The translations under genes and the position numbers were made by a program. Positions 1-10,025 of a DNA stretch of 64,000 nt are shown piece by piece (position 1 is the first letter of the stretch; each line of letters begins with the position of its first letter). The notes beneath the pieces are model-generated. The model was not told the origin of the DNA. It searched no databases and worked only from the letters and a program-made list of their open reading frames with translations. Source of the DNA: an uncultured virus (IMG/VR IMGVR_UViG_3300030333_001711) (taxonomy: Duplodnaviria > Heunggongvirae > Uroviricota > Caudoviricetes); IMG/VR virus record IMGVR_UViG_3300030333_001711; one strand, given 5' to 3'.

Positions 1-48
1 AAACAGAAAGAGGATAAATAGTAAAAACAATCTTGTGTCAAAAAGTCG

Positions 49-597
49 ATGTCTGTATTAAATGTCTTAGATACTACGACAGTGAGTGGTTCAGGTACTG
101 CTTACATCGTCGTTAAAAGTGGAGTTGTACGTGCATATGCTGCATCTGCATCAACCATAAAATTTGATAGCGGTCCTGCTATTACACTTGCAGCAGGGGA
201 AGCAGTTTTGCTGTCAGTAGGTAAATCAAAAAATATTAGTATTACTGGTGCAACTAATGCTAACGGTTCAGTATTTACTGTTGCAGGTGGTGGACACGGT
301 ACAGGAGCAGGTGGTCGTCACAGTTTTGCTGTAGGAGATTTTGTTCAGACTATAGATGGTGGTGACACAGGTTTTGGAACAGACTTTGAATCTGCTGCAT
401 CAGCAGGTAAGAAAGTGACAGCAGTTACTGACATAACAATTACTACAGACATTGATGCGTCAGGTGCAGGTTCTGCATATTCAATTAGTGATGCTGATGT
501 AATCGCTAACACCGTTCCTATGTTACAAAGAACTGTTAAGTTAACAGCAGGTTCTGCGGACGTAGTTGTAGAACAAGTACAAGTTGTCGGAGGTTGA
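49..597 (+). CDS. Putative virion structural protein (Gly/Ala/Thr-rich, beta-rich)
   Basis: 182-aa ORF preceded by late-promoter-like ATAAATA at 14-20; composition typical of tail/structural proteins. Confidence 0.5.
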   Translation: MSVLNVLDTTTVSGSGTAYIVVKSGVVRAYAASASTIKFDSGPAITLAAGEAVLLSVGKSKNISITGATNANGSVFTVAGGGHGTGAGGRHSFAVGDFVQTIDGGDTGFGTDFESAASAGKKVTAVTDITITTDIDASGAGSAYSISDADVIANTVPMLQRTVKLTAGSADVVVEQVQVVGG

Positions 598-600
598 TCC

Positions 601-744
601 GTGGCGATACAAGATATTAATGGTCAATGGGTATGTGCATATTGTGGATTGAAGTCTCCTAAAGGACATTGGAGACCTAAAACGTGGATTGAAAAACACG
701 AAAAAAATTGTCCTAGACACCCATCTAATAATCAAGTAGCATAA
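601..744 (+). CDS. Small zinc-finger-like protein, 47 aa (CxxC...HxxxC)
   Basis: Read by eye: GTG start after GGAGG, MAIQDINGQWVCAYCGLKSPKGHWRPKTWIEKHEKNCPRHP..., TAATG overlap with next ORF. Confidence 0.6.
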   Translation: MAIQDINGQWVCAYCGLKSPKGHWRPKTWIEKHEKNCPRHPSNNQVA

Positions 745-2642
745 TGAACAATCTTCAATCATTTTCTAACTTTACTGAACACTGTGGTTGCGATCATAGT
801 GAAGACAAAAAGAAAAAATCTAAAGTTACTAAAGAAGAGATCATAAAAGAATATGGTGATCCTACAGTTAGTAAGAGATTGAGAGTTGCTCGTGCGATTG
901 ATTCAACGTTTAGAGGTAAAGCACCAAAGTACAATAGTAAGCGTGCTAAAATTTCTAATGCTTTGAAGATGTCATCAATAAAAGCAGAGACAAAAAAAAG
1001 AAAGGCAAAAGAAAATCCATATTCAGCAGGTAAAAAATTAAAAGCAGCTCTTGGAATAAACAGTGAAGGTTATCTTCCAGAAGAGGGATATGATATTGCA
1101 AGAGATATGGGAATGGTAAAACCATCTAAAGATAAGAAAGATGCAACTACTGCTAACCATACAAGAGAAACTGAGACTGATGCTCAAAGAAAATTACGTA
1201 TGCTAAAGCAGCAGAAGAATACTGCTAGAGCAGTTGAGAATGTTAAACAAAGACTTAGAGATAAGTATGGTAAGAATGCCATAATGGATGTAGGTAAGAA
1301 AAATGAAGAAGTAGAACATCTTGATGAATTAAGTAAGACAACTACTGCGAACTATCTCTACCACGCAAAGGTAGATAAAAATTATGTTCACGGTGGCAAG
1401 ATGGGTAAGTATGCAAAAGCGAGAGACAAAGGAATACAAAGAGCAGAGAAAAAACTAGGAAAAAAAGTTAGTGATAGAGTTAACTATGTTGCAGATACTG
1501 ATACTCGCTCGATGAGACAAGATTCAAGTACATCAGCATACCCTAGAAAAATTAAGGTAAAAGAAGAAGTACAGTTAGAGAAAGTTAATCTAAGAGATAA
1601 GTCTACTCAGTATGCTAGAAGCACTAAAGAGGTAGATACTGCAATGACAGATCACGTCAATAGAACAAAAGGTAGACACTATGGTAAAGATGGTAAGGTC
1701 ACAGAAGTTGGTCGTTATCGTAGACCAAGTAAGAGAGAAGCAAGAAATGAATTGATTGATTTGTATAAAGAAAGTTATGGTAGAGGTAGACTTACTAGCA
1801 CTAATGATATGCAGAGTAAGTTATACGCTAAGAATAATAGTATGGGTAAACCAAGGACTGATGATGAGATCAGGAAAGAAAAAGGTGGACAAGCATTTCT
1901 TGATAGAATCAAAGCAGCAAAATCAAAAATGAAAAGTGAAGGAACTTCTTATGGTCTCTACAAGGGAACTGGTAAACCATCAGGTCCTATGGCAGCGTTT
2001 GCTAAGAAAACTAAGAAGAAAAAAGAAGTAAAAGAAGAAATGGGTAATATAGCACATACTAAAACTAAAAAAGGTGGAAAGACAATTATAAATGTAAATA
2101 AAAATGATGAGGCAGATGCACAGAAAGCAATGAAGAATGATCCAAAATACATTCTTGGTAAGACTAGAGTGCAGTCATATAAAGAAGAATTTTATCAAAA
2201 AAGATATACTAGCAGTGGTTATAAACCTGTTGGTAAAAATAAGAGAATGGATCAGTCAAACAAAAGATCTGGTGATAGTAAAGCACAGTATAGAGACTTA
2301 CATAAAGATCTTGCTAAGTATGGTCACGTTAAAACAGGTAAAGCAAGTAACCTTAAAAGTGGTTTGAAGAGTTTCAAGGAATCTGCGTGGCAACGTAAAG
2401 AAGGAAAGAACCCTAGTGGTGGGTTAAATGAAAAGGGAAGAAAGTCTTATGAAAGAGAAAATCCTGGTTCAGATCTCAAAGCACCTGTAACAGGTAGTCC
2501 AAAACCAGGTAGTAAGGCAGATAAAAGGCAAAACAATTTTTGCAAAAGAATGGGTGGAATGAGAGGACCTATGAAAGATGAGAAAGGTAGACCAACTCGT
2601 AAAGCATTAGCACTTAAAAAATGGAACTGTCGTAGTTCCTAG
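744..2642 (+). CDS. Large basic modular protein, candidate internal head (poly)protein
   Basis: 632 aa, K/R-rich blocks separated by E-rich linkers (KEE, EEVEHLDE, KES); C-terminal AWQRKEGKNPSGGLN..ALKKWNC block resembles a conserved phage domain. Confidence 0.6.
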   Translation: MNNLQSFSNFTEHCGCDHSEDKKKKSKVTKEEIIKEYGDPTVSKRLRVARAIDSTFRGKAPKYNSKRAKISNALKMSSIKAETKKRKAKENPYSAGKKLKAALGINSEGYLPEEGYDIARDMGMVKPSKDKKDATTANHTRETETDAQRKLRMLKQQKNTARAVENVKQRLRDKYGKNAIMDVGKKNEEVEHLDELSKTTTANYLYHAKVDKNYVHGGKMGKYAKARDKGIQRAEKKLGKKVSDRVNYVADTDTRSMRQDSSTSAYPRKIKVKEEVQLEKVNLRDKSTQYARSTKEVDTAMTDHVNRTKGRHYGKDGKVTEVGRYRRPSKREARNELIDLYKESYGRGRLTSTNDMQSKLYAKNNSMGKPRTDDEIRKEKGGQAFLDRIKAAKSKMKSEGTSYGLYKGTGKPSGPMAAFAKKTKKKKEVKEEMGNIAHTKTKKGGKTIINVNKNDEADAQKAMKNDPKYILGKTRVQSYKEEFYQKRYTSSGYKPVGKNKRMDQSNKRSGDSKAQYRDLHKDLAKYGHVKTGKASNLKSGLKSFKESAWQRKEGKNPSGGLNEKGRKSYERENPGSDLKAPVTGSPKPGSKADKRQNNFCKRMGGMRGPMKDEKGRPTRKALALKKWNCRSS

Positions 2643-2664
2643 ATAGTGTAACAGAAACTTTATT

Positions 2665-3282
2665 ATGCAACCTGACGTTATTGATTTATTTCCATCCACA
2701 GTTCTAAGATTCAGACACGATGACTCTGAGATAAGGGATGAACTTGAAAAAGTTATTAGTGATGTACAAGAGAAAGAACAATTAATTCTTCACTTCGGTG
2801 ATGATCCTTCCAAGCAAGATCATTGGAGGGATTTTTTTCGTGCGTATGAAATGCCAAACTTAGAATCATATATTGCAGAGTGTGTTATTAAATATGTTGG
2901 TCACGATAATTGGAATATACCTGAGTCTTGGTTAAATATATACCCAACAGGTGCTAATCAGAATCAACATATGCACCCAGGATTTGAGTTGTCAGGATGT
3001 TATTATCATAAGACAAGTCCAGAACAAGGATTAATTAATTTTCATAGTCCACTTGTACAAGCAAGAATGAGTTGTTTTGCTACTTATCAAGAGATGGCAG
3101 TAGAAACATTCCCTGATACTTTGATATTATTTCCATCTTGGTTGGAACATTCTACTACACAGAACTATTCAAGAGATCAAAAATATTCAATAGGATTTAA
3201 TGTAAAGGTAAATAAAACAGGAGACTTTCCATTACACGGACAGTGGTATGGAAACCATACAATAGTACACAATAAGAACTAA
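2665..3282 (+). CDS. Putative 2OG-Fe(II) oxygenase (TIGR02466-like)
   Basis: SWLNI..HMHP..LSGCYY..LILFPSWLEH..SIGFN pattern. Confidence 0.8.
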   Translation: MQPDVIDLFPSTVLRFRHDDSEIRDELEKVISDVQEKEQLILHFGDDPSKQDHWRDFFRAYEMPNLESYIAECVIKYVGHDNWNIPESWLNIYPTGANQNQHMHPGFELSGCYYHKTSPEQGLINFHSPLVQARMSCFATYQEMAVETFPDTLILFPSWLEHSTTQNYSRDQKYSIGFNVKVNKTGDFPLHGQWYGNHTIVHNKN

Positions 3283-3455
3283 TGGTTGTCTGGGGTGTTG
3301 TTATTATGATTGCAATACTTGTTGTAATAGTTACTTGGTATATCGTCTATATACTAAGGACTGCATATATGGAGATGAACGATGGGAGCAATGGTTCCAC
3401 CAAGCAGGAAGAGTTGCTACAACTTCCGAGTGACAGAGATAAACAGGGTAGTTGA
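3282..3455 (+). CDS. Small single-TM membrane protein, 57 aa
   Basis: Read by eye: MVVWGVVIMIAILVVIVTWYIVYILR...; TAATG coupling to upstream stop; overlaps nuclease gene. Confidence 0.5.
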   Translation: MVVWGVVIMIAILVVIVTWYIVYILRTAYMEMNDGSNGSTKQEELLQLPSDRDKQGS

Positions 3456-3846
3456 TGGTGACACTATTGACGTTACTATCGATCTAGGTTTTGATCTATA
3501 CAAAAAAGAAAGGGTGAGAGTAGCAGGAGTCGATACTCCTGAGAAACGCACCCGTGACTTGGAAGAGAAAGCGTTAGGTATAGATGCTACTAATTGGATA
3601 AAAGAAAAATTGGAGGGTGCTATTGATGGAGAGTCTGAACTTACTATACGAACTGAACTCAAGGGAGGGATGGGTAAGTATGGTCGTTTGCTTGGTTGGT
3701 TATATGTTGGTGATGAAGATGTATCTCTCAACGAGCAAATGATAACCGAAGGATATGCGTGGTCTTATGATGGTGGTACAAAGAAAAAAGACTTTGAGGA
3801 ACTACGCGAAATTCGTCGTTCATATGGTACACTTGTAGCAGGTTAA
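3382..3846 (+). CDS. Thermonuclease (SNase-like) family nuclease
   Basis: RVVDGDTIDV, RVRVAGVDTPE, GKYGRLLG, LNEQMITEGYA motifs. Confidence 0.85.
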   Translation: MGAMVPPSRKSCYNFRVTEINRVVDGDTIDVTIDLGFDLYKKERVRVAGVDTPEKRTRDLEEKALGIDATNWIKEKLEGAIDGESELTIRTELKGGMGKYGRLLGWLYVGDEDVSLNEQMITEGYAWSYDGGTKKKDFEELREIRRSYGTLVAG

Positions 3847-3848
3847 CT

Positions 3849-4538
3849 GTGACAAATCTTTGTGATGAGTTAGCGGATCTTATTCGCAGGAACATTAGTG
3901 ATTTGCCTGACCTTGAGGTTATGGAATCGGATCATAGTGTTATAGAGCACGAGAAAGTGACTATACACAATGAGATGTGGAAGTGCAAAGGACTCAGAAA
4001 ATTACATATTGAAAGAGCGAATACTGACAAGATAGAGATCATCCACTGTGTTCTTTATCCAGATCCAGAATATCGTTTACCTATTTTTGGTTGTGACATT
4101 ATCCAAACAACTTCAACTATTACTGCTGCTATTGTTGATGTGTCTCCTGTACACGGGGTGGATCTCAATCCTCAGTTATCAGTAGTTAGTGAAAAATATA
4201 AATTTAAAGACAAGAGACCTCTTCCTATATGGGCAGAGGATATATTCTCGAACCATTGTAAATTTGCTAGATTGAAAGATCAAAAAGCAAGAGATGATTT
4301 CTATACTGTAGTTCAGAAATATTTACTAATATATTGTAATGCTGTGAGACACGCTAAGAAAGATCCACATTCTCCTTTTATACCAATAATGAAAAGATTA
4401 GATGATCAGTGTTGGTACTGTGTGTCTCAAAGAAAAAATCAAAAAACTAAAGCAGTATTGTCACAGTGGTTTGATCCCCTCTGGGCAGATAAATACATAA
4501 ACAATGTCTTATTTGACAAACCTTGGAGTAAAGATTAA
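3849..4538 (+). CDS. pcyA: Phycocyanobilin:ferredoxin oxidoreductase (ferredoxin-dependent bilin reductase)
   Basis: GLRKLHIE, IIHCVLYPDPEYRLPIFGCDII, AAIVDVSPV, QCWYCVSQRKNQKT motifs; catalytic His/Glu/His/Asp positions appear retained. Confidence 0.85.
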   Translation: MTNLCDELADLIRRNISDLPDLEVMESDHSVIEHEKVTIHNEMWKCKGLRKLHIERANTDKIEIIHCVLYPDPEYRLPIFGCDIIQTTSTITAAIVDVSPVHGVDLNPQLSVVSEKYKFKDKRPLPIWAEDIFSNHCKFARLKDQKARDDFYTVVQKYLLIYCNAVRHAKKDPHSPFIPIMKRLDDQCWYCVSQRKNQKTKAVLSQWFDPLWADKYINNVLFDKPWSKD

Positions 4539-6187
4539 TGGCAGAAAATCAGATATACTTAGGCAACCCCAATCTTAAGAAAGCAAACGTTGCAACTAAC
4601 TTCTCACCAGAACAGGTAAGAGAGTTTGTTAAATGTAGTAGAGATCCTGCATATTTTATTCGTAATTATATTAGGATCGTATCTCTTGATGAAGGTGTTA
4701 TACCTTTTAATATGTACGATTTCCAAGAGGAGATGGTAAAAAGTTTTCACGAGAATAGATTTAATATTGCTAAATTACCTAGACAGTCTGGTAAGTCAAC
4801 TATTGTAACATCATATCTATTATGGTATGTAATTTTTAACGATAACGTCAATGTCGCAATCCTCGCAAACAAAGCCCCAACTGCTAGAGAAATGTTGGGA
4901 CGCTTACAGTTATCTTATGAGAACCTTCCTAAATGGATGCAGCAAGGTATTGTTGGTTGGAACAAGGGGTCAGTCGAATTGGAGAACGGATCTCGTCTCC
5001 TTGCTTCATCTACTTCTGCTTCTGCTGTTCGTGGGATGTCCTTTAATATTATCTTCCTTGATGAGTTTGCGTTCGTTCCAAATAATATTGCTGAACAGTT
5101 CTTTGCTTCTGTTTATCCTACTATCTCATCTGGTAAATCTACAAAAGTTATTATCATATCTACCCCACACGGGATGAATATGTATTATAAGATATGGCAC
5201 GATGCAGAAAGAAATAAGAATGAATATGTTAATACAGAAGTGCACTGGTCACAGGTTCCAGGTAGAGATCAGAAGTGGAAAGAGCAAACTATAGCAAACA
5301 CATCAGAAGCACAGTTCAGAGTTGAGTTTGAATGTGAGTTTCTAGGATCTGTAGATACACTAATTTCCGCAAGTAAATTAAGATTGATGGTTTATGAAGA
5401 TCCTCTACACTCCAGTGTAGGACTGGATGTTTATGAAGATCCGATTGACGGACACACTTATACAATGACTGTAGACGTAGCACGCGGAGTAGATGGTGAC
5501 TATAGTGCATTTTGTATATTTGATACTACAGAACCTCCGTATAAATTAGTAGCAAAATATAGAAGTAATACAGTTAAACCCCTTTTATTCCCAGATATTA
5601 TAGTCAAGACTGCAAGTGCATACAACCACGCTTTTGTATTAGTAGAAGTAAATGACGTTGGTGCACAGGTAGCAGACATCATACAGTATGATCTTGAGTA
5701 TGACAATCTATTAATGTCTGCTATGCGTGGTAGAGCAGGACAAGTTATAGGACAAGGATTCTCTGGTGGTAAAGTACAACTTGGTGTAAAGATGTCTAGT
5801 GCTGTAAAGAAAGTTGGTTGTTCTAACTTAAAACAATTAATAGAAGATGATAAGATGACTCTATGTGATTATGATATTATCTCAGAACTAACTACGTTTA
5901 TTCAGAAAGGACAGTCGTGGCAAGCAGAAGAAGGATGTAATGATGACCTTGCTATGTGTTTAGTTATCTTTGCTTGGTTAGCAGTGCAACCATATTTCAA
6001 AGAGATACACGATAATGATGTTCGTGTAAAGATGTATGAAGAACAAAGAGAAGCAATAGAAGCAGATATGGCACCATTTGGTTTTGTTGATAATGGTATA
6101 GAAGATACAACATTTATTGATGAAGATGGTAACGTCTGGAACTCTGATCCTTATGGTGAAAGAACCTATATGTGGGAATATAGATGA
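4538..6187 (+). CDS. gp17: Terminase large subunit (T4 gp17-like)
   Basis: YLGNPNLKK N-terminus, Walker A PRQSGKST, IFLDEFAF, nuclease DDLAM. Confidence 0.97.
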   Translation: MAENQIYLGNPNLKKANVATNFSPEQVREFVKCSRDPAYFIRNYIRIVSLDEGVIPFNMYDFQEEMVKSFHENRFNIAKLPRQSGKSTIVTSYLLWYVIFNDNVNVAILANKAPTAREMLGRLQLSYENLPKWMQQGIVGWNKGSVELENGSRLLASSTSASAVRGMSFNIIFLDEFAFVPNNIAEQFFASVYPTISSGKSTKVIIISTPHGMNMYYKIWHDAERNKNEYVNTEVHWSQVPGRDQKWKEQTIANTSEAQFRVEFECEFLGSVDTLISASKLRLMVYEDPLHSSVGLDVYEDPIDGHTYTMTVDVARGVDGDYSAFCIFDTTEPPYKLVAKYRSNTVKPLLFPDIIVKTASAYNHAFVLVEVNDVGAQVADIIQYDLEYDNLLMSAMRGRAGQVIGQGFSGGKVQLGVKMSSAVKKVGCSNLKQLIEDDKMTLCDYDIISELTTFIQKGQSWQAEEGCNDDLAMCLVIFAWLAVQPYFKEIHDNDVRVKMYEEQREAIEADMAPFGFVDNGIEDTTFIDEDGNVWNSDPYGERTYMWEYR

Positions 6188-6414
6188 ACCTAGAGGACGA
6201 GTTAGAATTAGAACACCTGTTATTAGAAGATAGAAGGTGTCGTAAATGTCTTGTCACAAAAAATTTATTATCAGATTTTTACAAAACTAGAAAGGATAGA
6301 GGTAACTATCCATCTGCATTTGCGTATGAGTGTAAAGAATGTACTAAGAAGCGTGTTCAAGTACGTAGAAGAAATAAAAAGAGTCGTAAATGGTGTGACT
6401 ATCCTGACTGGTAA
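6184..6414 (+). CDS. Small zinc-ribbon protein (CxxC...CxxC)
   Basis: RRCRKC...YECKEC; ATGA overlap with gp17 stop. Confidence 0.65.
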   Translation: MNLEDELELEHLLLEDRRCRKCLVTKNLLSDFYKTRKDRGNYPSAFAYECKECTKKRVQVRRRNKKSRKWCDYPDW

Positions 6415-6455
6415 ACAGTTCACGTTTTGTTTCCCCATCAGAAAGATCGGTATTA

Positions 6456-6462
6456 ATAAATA
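6456..6462 (+). promoter_or_regulatory. T4-type late promoter for gp18
   Basis: ATAAATA about 45 nt upstream of gp18 start, AGGAG RBS follows. Confidence 0.7.
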
Positions 6463-6504
6463 ATTCTAGTAAAATTGGAAGCATTTTTCAAGGAGAATTA
6501 AACA

Positions 6505-9288
6505 ATGGCATCCACCCAACTTTCACCAGGGGTCGTTGTACTTGAGAAGGATCTGACAACAGTTGCAAATGCAACTTTAGATAATGTGGCAGTGATTGTT
6601 GGTTCCTTTGAAAAGGGTCCTGTTAACAAGATTGTTGACATTACAAGCGAGAAAGAATTACTTTCTATCTTTGGTAGACCTAATGATTATAACTACGAAT
6701 ACTGGTTTAGTGCATCACAGTTCCTACTCTATGGCGGTACATTAAAAGTTATTAGAGCAGAAGCAAGTGCACTTAAAAACGCAATAGATACAGCACAAAC
6801 AACTCAGACTGTATTTTCTGGTTCAGACACAACTCTTACAGTTCAAAACAGTACAGACTTTGCTCAGAACGATTTCATATTAATCGACGCTGAAATTCTA
6901 CAAGTAACTGCTGTTAACAGTAATGACCTTACAGTTCTACGTGGACAGTTAGCATCTGCTGCTACTTCACACGCTGCGGGATCTGCGGTCACATTAATTG
7001 AAGCAGCAGGAACTTCAACCACTATAAACGAAGGTGGAACACTTAGTGCTGCTGATACAACAATTACTGTTTCTGACGCAGGTACTCTTGGCGTACAGTT
7101 AAATGACTACTTAAAGATTGAAGATGAGATAGTACGTGCATCTGCAATCGTTGGAAACAACATAACAGTAACACGTGGAGAACTAAGCACAACCGCTGCA
7201 TCTCATACAGACGGTGTTGCTATTAGTCGTCTAACAGTTACAGTCGGTAAGACATCTATCAACGAAGTAACAACAACTGGTGTTACTGCACCTCTTATCA
7301 AAAACATTGAGCAGTATGAAACAACTGTTGAAACTGCTGCTAATGCTTGGAAGTGGGGTTCAAGATTCCCTGGAATCTATGGTAACTCTATAAGAGTTGT
7401 AATGACAGATGCAGGTCCAGATCAAATCTTATCACTTGCAGAACCAACATCTGCTGAGTGGGACTTTTCAGATATAATTACAAACTCAACTAATGTAGTT
7501 TACAACTTAGGAAACTCACAGGCAAAAGTATTTTCCTACACAATGGTCGTAACATTTGATGCAACTACAATCAATGGTGACTTCAAAAAAGATGAATACT
7601 GGAGAGCAGAGAGTTCTACAGGATCATCCGTTGACGTTCTTGGTCAAGTTGTAGCATACGATCCTGTAACAAGAAAGATTGAACTTAGCGTAGACTACGC
7701 CCAGTCATCTGACTTCTTACAAATAGGTGACGTTATTGCACTATGGGATGCAGCATCAGGTGGTAACAGAACTGGTGACAAAGCAACAGTACAAAGTGTT
7801 GAGCGTCAATTACGTGTTGTAAACGCAGCAGGTTCAGAAAACTTTGCAGCAAACTACACAATAGATGATGACAACACTTCTGGTGGTGGTATTCAAATCT
7901 TAAGTGTACGTTCAGATTACGAAGAGCGTTACTATGGTGGTGAGCAAAAATGGATCAACATTGCTCCACGTCCTACAACTTCTCCTTGGGTTTCAGATCG
8001 TGGTGGTGACAACGACCAGATGCACATCCTTGTACTTGATGGAGACGGAAAACTAACAGGAACTCCTGGATCACTTCTTGAGAAATTCCTATTTGTTTCT
8101 AAGTCCACAGATGCTAAAGGTGTACAGGGCGAAACACTATACTACAAAGACGTTATTAAAGCAAACTCAGCATACATTTACTGGGGTAGTCACGAAGGAT
8201 CATCTATAATGGATGTTGACGGTGCTGCTAATGGTGGATTTGGTTTATCAGGTGTGTCTCGTTCATTCGATCTTATCAAATACGGAACACCTCTTAAGAC
8301 TAAAGAAACAAATTTAGGTCGCGAAATCATTGGTACAACTAACGGATCAACTGTTAAGTACACACTACAAGGTGGTGTTGACGGATATACAGTTGCTCGT
8401 TCTGACATCCTTGGAGGTTATGACCTCGTAGGTGATAAGGAAACAGTTGATGTAGATTACATCTTAATGGGTCCATCAATGGCAAGCACTAATGATACTG
8501 TTGCTAAAGCACAGAAGATCATTGACATTGCTGCAACTCGTAAAGATTGTATCGCATTTGTTTCTCCATCACGCGGAGACATTATTGGTCAGTCTGACAC
8601 AAATGTAATTGTGAACAAGACTATCGATATGTACGAGCAATTAGGTAGTACATCTTACGCGGTATTCGATAACAACTACAAATACATCTATGACAAGTAT
8701 AACGATCAATATCGTTACATTCCTTGTAACGCAGACGTTGCAGGTCTTGTATTAGGTGCAACATTAAATTCAGAAGCGTGGTTCTCACCCGCAGGATTTA
8801 ACAGAGGACAGTTACGTAACGCAATCAAACTTGCTTACTCTCCTCTAAAAGATCATAGAGACAAACTCTATGCTGCAAGAGTCAACCCAATCGTATCATT
8901 CCCAGGTCAGGGTATTGTACTATTCGGTGACAAGACTGCACTTTCATATCAATCAGCATTCGATAGAATTAACGTTCGTCGCTTGTTCTTGGTACTAGAA
9001 GATGCAATCTCAGACGCAGCGAAAACACAACTATTTGAACTCAATGATGAGTTTACACGTTCTTCATTCAAGAACATTGTAGAACCATTCTTGCGTTCCA
9101 TACAATCTCGTCGCGGAATCGTTGATTTCTTGGTCGTTTGCGATACGAGCAATAACCCACCTGAGGCTATAGATAGAGGAGAGTTCTTCGCGGAGATATT
9201 CGTGAAACCAACACGCTCTATTAACTACATTACATTAACCTTCACTGCAACTAGAACTGGTTCTAGTTTCTCTGAAGTAACTAACTAA
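6505..9288 (+). CDS. gp18: Contractile tail sheath protein (gp18-like) with inserted domains
   Basis: SPGVVVLEKD N-terminus, WFSPAGFNRG, FDRINVRRLF, KPTRSINYITLTF C-terminus. Confidence 0.96.
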   Translation: MASTQLSPGVVVLEKDLTTVANATLDNVAVIVGSFEKGPVNKIVDITSEKELLSIFGRPNDYNYEYWFSASQFLLYGGTLKVIRAEASALKNAIDTAQTTQTVFSGSDTTLTVQNSTDFAQNDFILIDAEILQVTAVNSNDLTVLRGQLASAATSHAAGSAVTLIEAAGTSTTINEGGTLSAADTTITVSDAGTLGVQLNDYLKIEDEIVRASAIVGNNITVTRGELSTTAASHTDGVAISRLTVTVGKTSINEVTTTGVTAPLIKNIEQYETTVETAANAWKWGSRFPGIYGNSIRVVMTDAGPDQILSLAEPTSAEWDFSDIITNSTNVVYNLGNSQAKVFSYTMVVTFDATTINGDFKKDEYWRAESSTGSSVDVLGQVVAYDPVTRKIELSVDYAQSSDFLQIGDVIALWDAASGGNRTGDKATVQSVERQLRVVNAAGSENFAANYTIDDDNTSGGGIQILSVRSDYEERYYGGEQKWINIAPRPTTSPWVSDRGGDNDQMHILVLDGDGKLTGTPGSLLEKFLFVSKSTDAKGVQGETLYYKDVIKANSAYIYWGSHEGSSIMDVDGAANGGFGLSGVSRSFDLIKYGTPLKTKETNLGREIIGTTNGSTVKYTLQGGVDGYTVARSDILGGYDLVGDKETVDVDYILMGPSMASTNDTVAKAQKIIDIAATRKDCIAFVSPSRGDIIGQSDTNVIVNKTIDMYEQLGSTSYAVFDNNYKYIYDKYNDQYRYIPCNADVAGLVLGATLNSEAWFSPAGFNRGQLRNAIKLAYSPLKDHRDKLYAARVNPIVSFPGQGIVLFGDKTALSYQSAFDRINVRRLFLVLEDAISDAAKTQLFELNDEFTRSSFKNIVEPFLRSIQSRRGIVDFLVVCDTSNNPPEAIDRGEFFAEIFVKPTRSINYITLTFTATRTGSSFSEVTN

Positions 9289-9302
9289 TCAAGAGACTAA
9301 CA

Positions 9303-9974
9303 ATGGCAGAAGCACAACCAGGACAGGTACAAGGTGCAAATATAAAAGCACCTATCTTTACCTTCCGAGATAACGTAAAGGACTTTGCACGTCCTAATCT
9401 GTTCCAAGTTGAAGTGTTTGCACCTCCTGTTTTACAGGATGCAATTACACCCCAACCTGGTGGAGTAAGTGGATCAACCGCAGAAGTTTTAGAAACATCA
9501 GCGGGTGGTTCACAATTAAACGCAGCATCAGCAAATGCGTTTGGTACATTCCTTGTAAAGGCAGCAAACATTCCTGCATCAGTTGTAGGAGTTGTTAACG
9601 TTCCTTACAGAGGAAGACAATTAAAAATTGCAGGTGATAGAACCTTTGAACCTTGGACAGTAACTGTACTTAATGATCAGTCATTTAAGTTCAGAGCATT
9701 CTTCGAGGCGTGGTCATCTAACATCCAAGCACTACAACAAAACTTCCAAAACTCAAATACTATTGCAGACTATCAGTCTACAGCAAAAGTTCGTCAGATG
9801 GATCGTAAAGGAAACATCATCAGAACTTATAGATTTGAAGGTATCTGGCCAAGCAACATTAGTGCTATCGAACTTGACTGGGGAACAAATGACACTCCAG
9901 AAGAGTACACTGTAGAGTTCCAAGTACAATACTGGACATACGATACAGACGTAGATAGCGGAAACCAGTCATAA
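9303..9974 (+). CDS. gp19: Tail tube protein (gp19-like)
   Basis: ARPNLFQV, VPYRGRQLKIAGDRTFEPWTVT, YTVEFQVQYW. Confidence 0.95.
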   Translation: MAEAQPGQVQGANIKAPIFTFRDNVKDFARPNLFQVEVFAPPVLQDAITPQPGGVSGSTAEVLETSAGGSQLNAASANAFGTFLVKAANIPASVVGVVNVPYRGRQLKIAGDRTFEPWTVTVLNDQSFKFRAFFEAWSSNIQALQQNFQNSNTIADYQSTAKVRQMDRKGNIIRTYRFEGIWPSNISAIELDWGTNDTPEEYTVEFQVQYWTYDTDVDSGNQS

Positions 9975-10025
9975 AAGGCGGTTTCTTACCTCGCTAAATA
10001 GTTACGTAGAACAGGTACATAGTTA

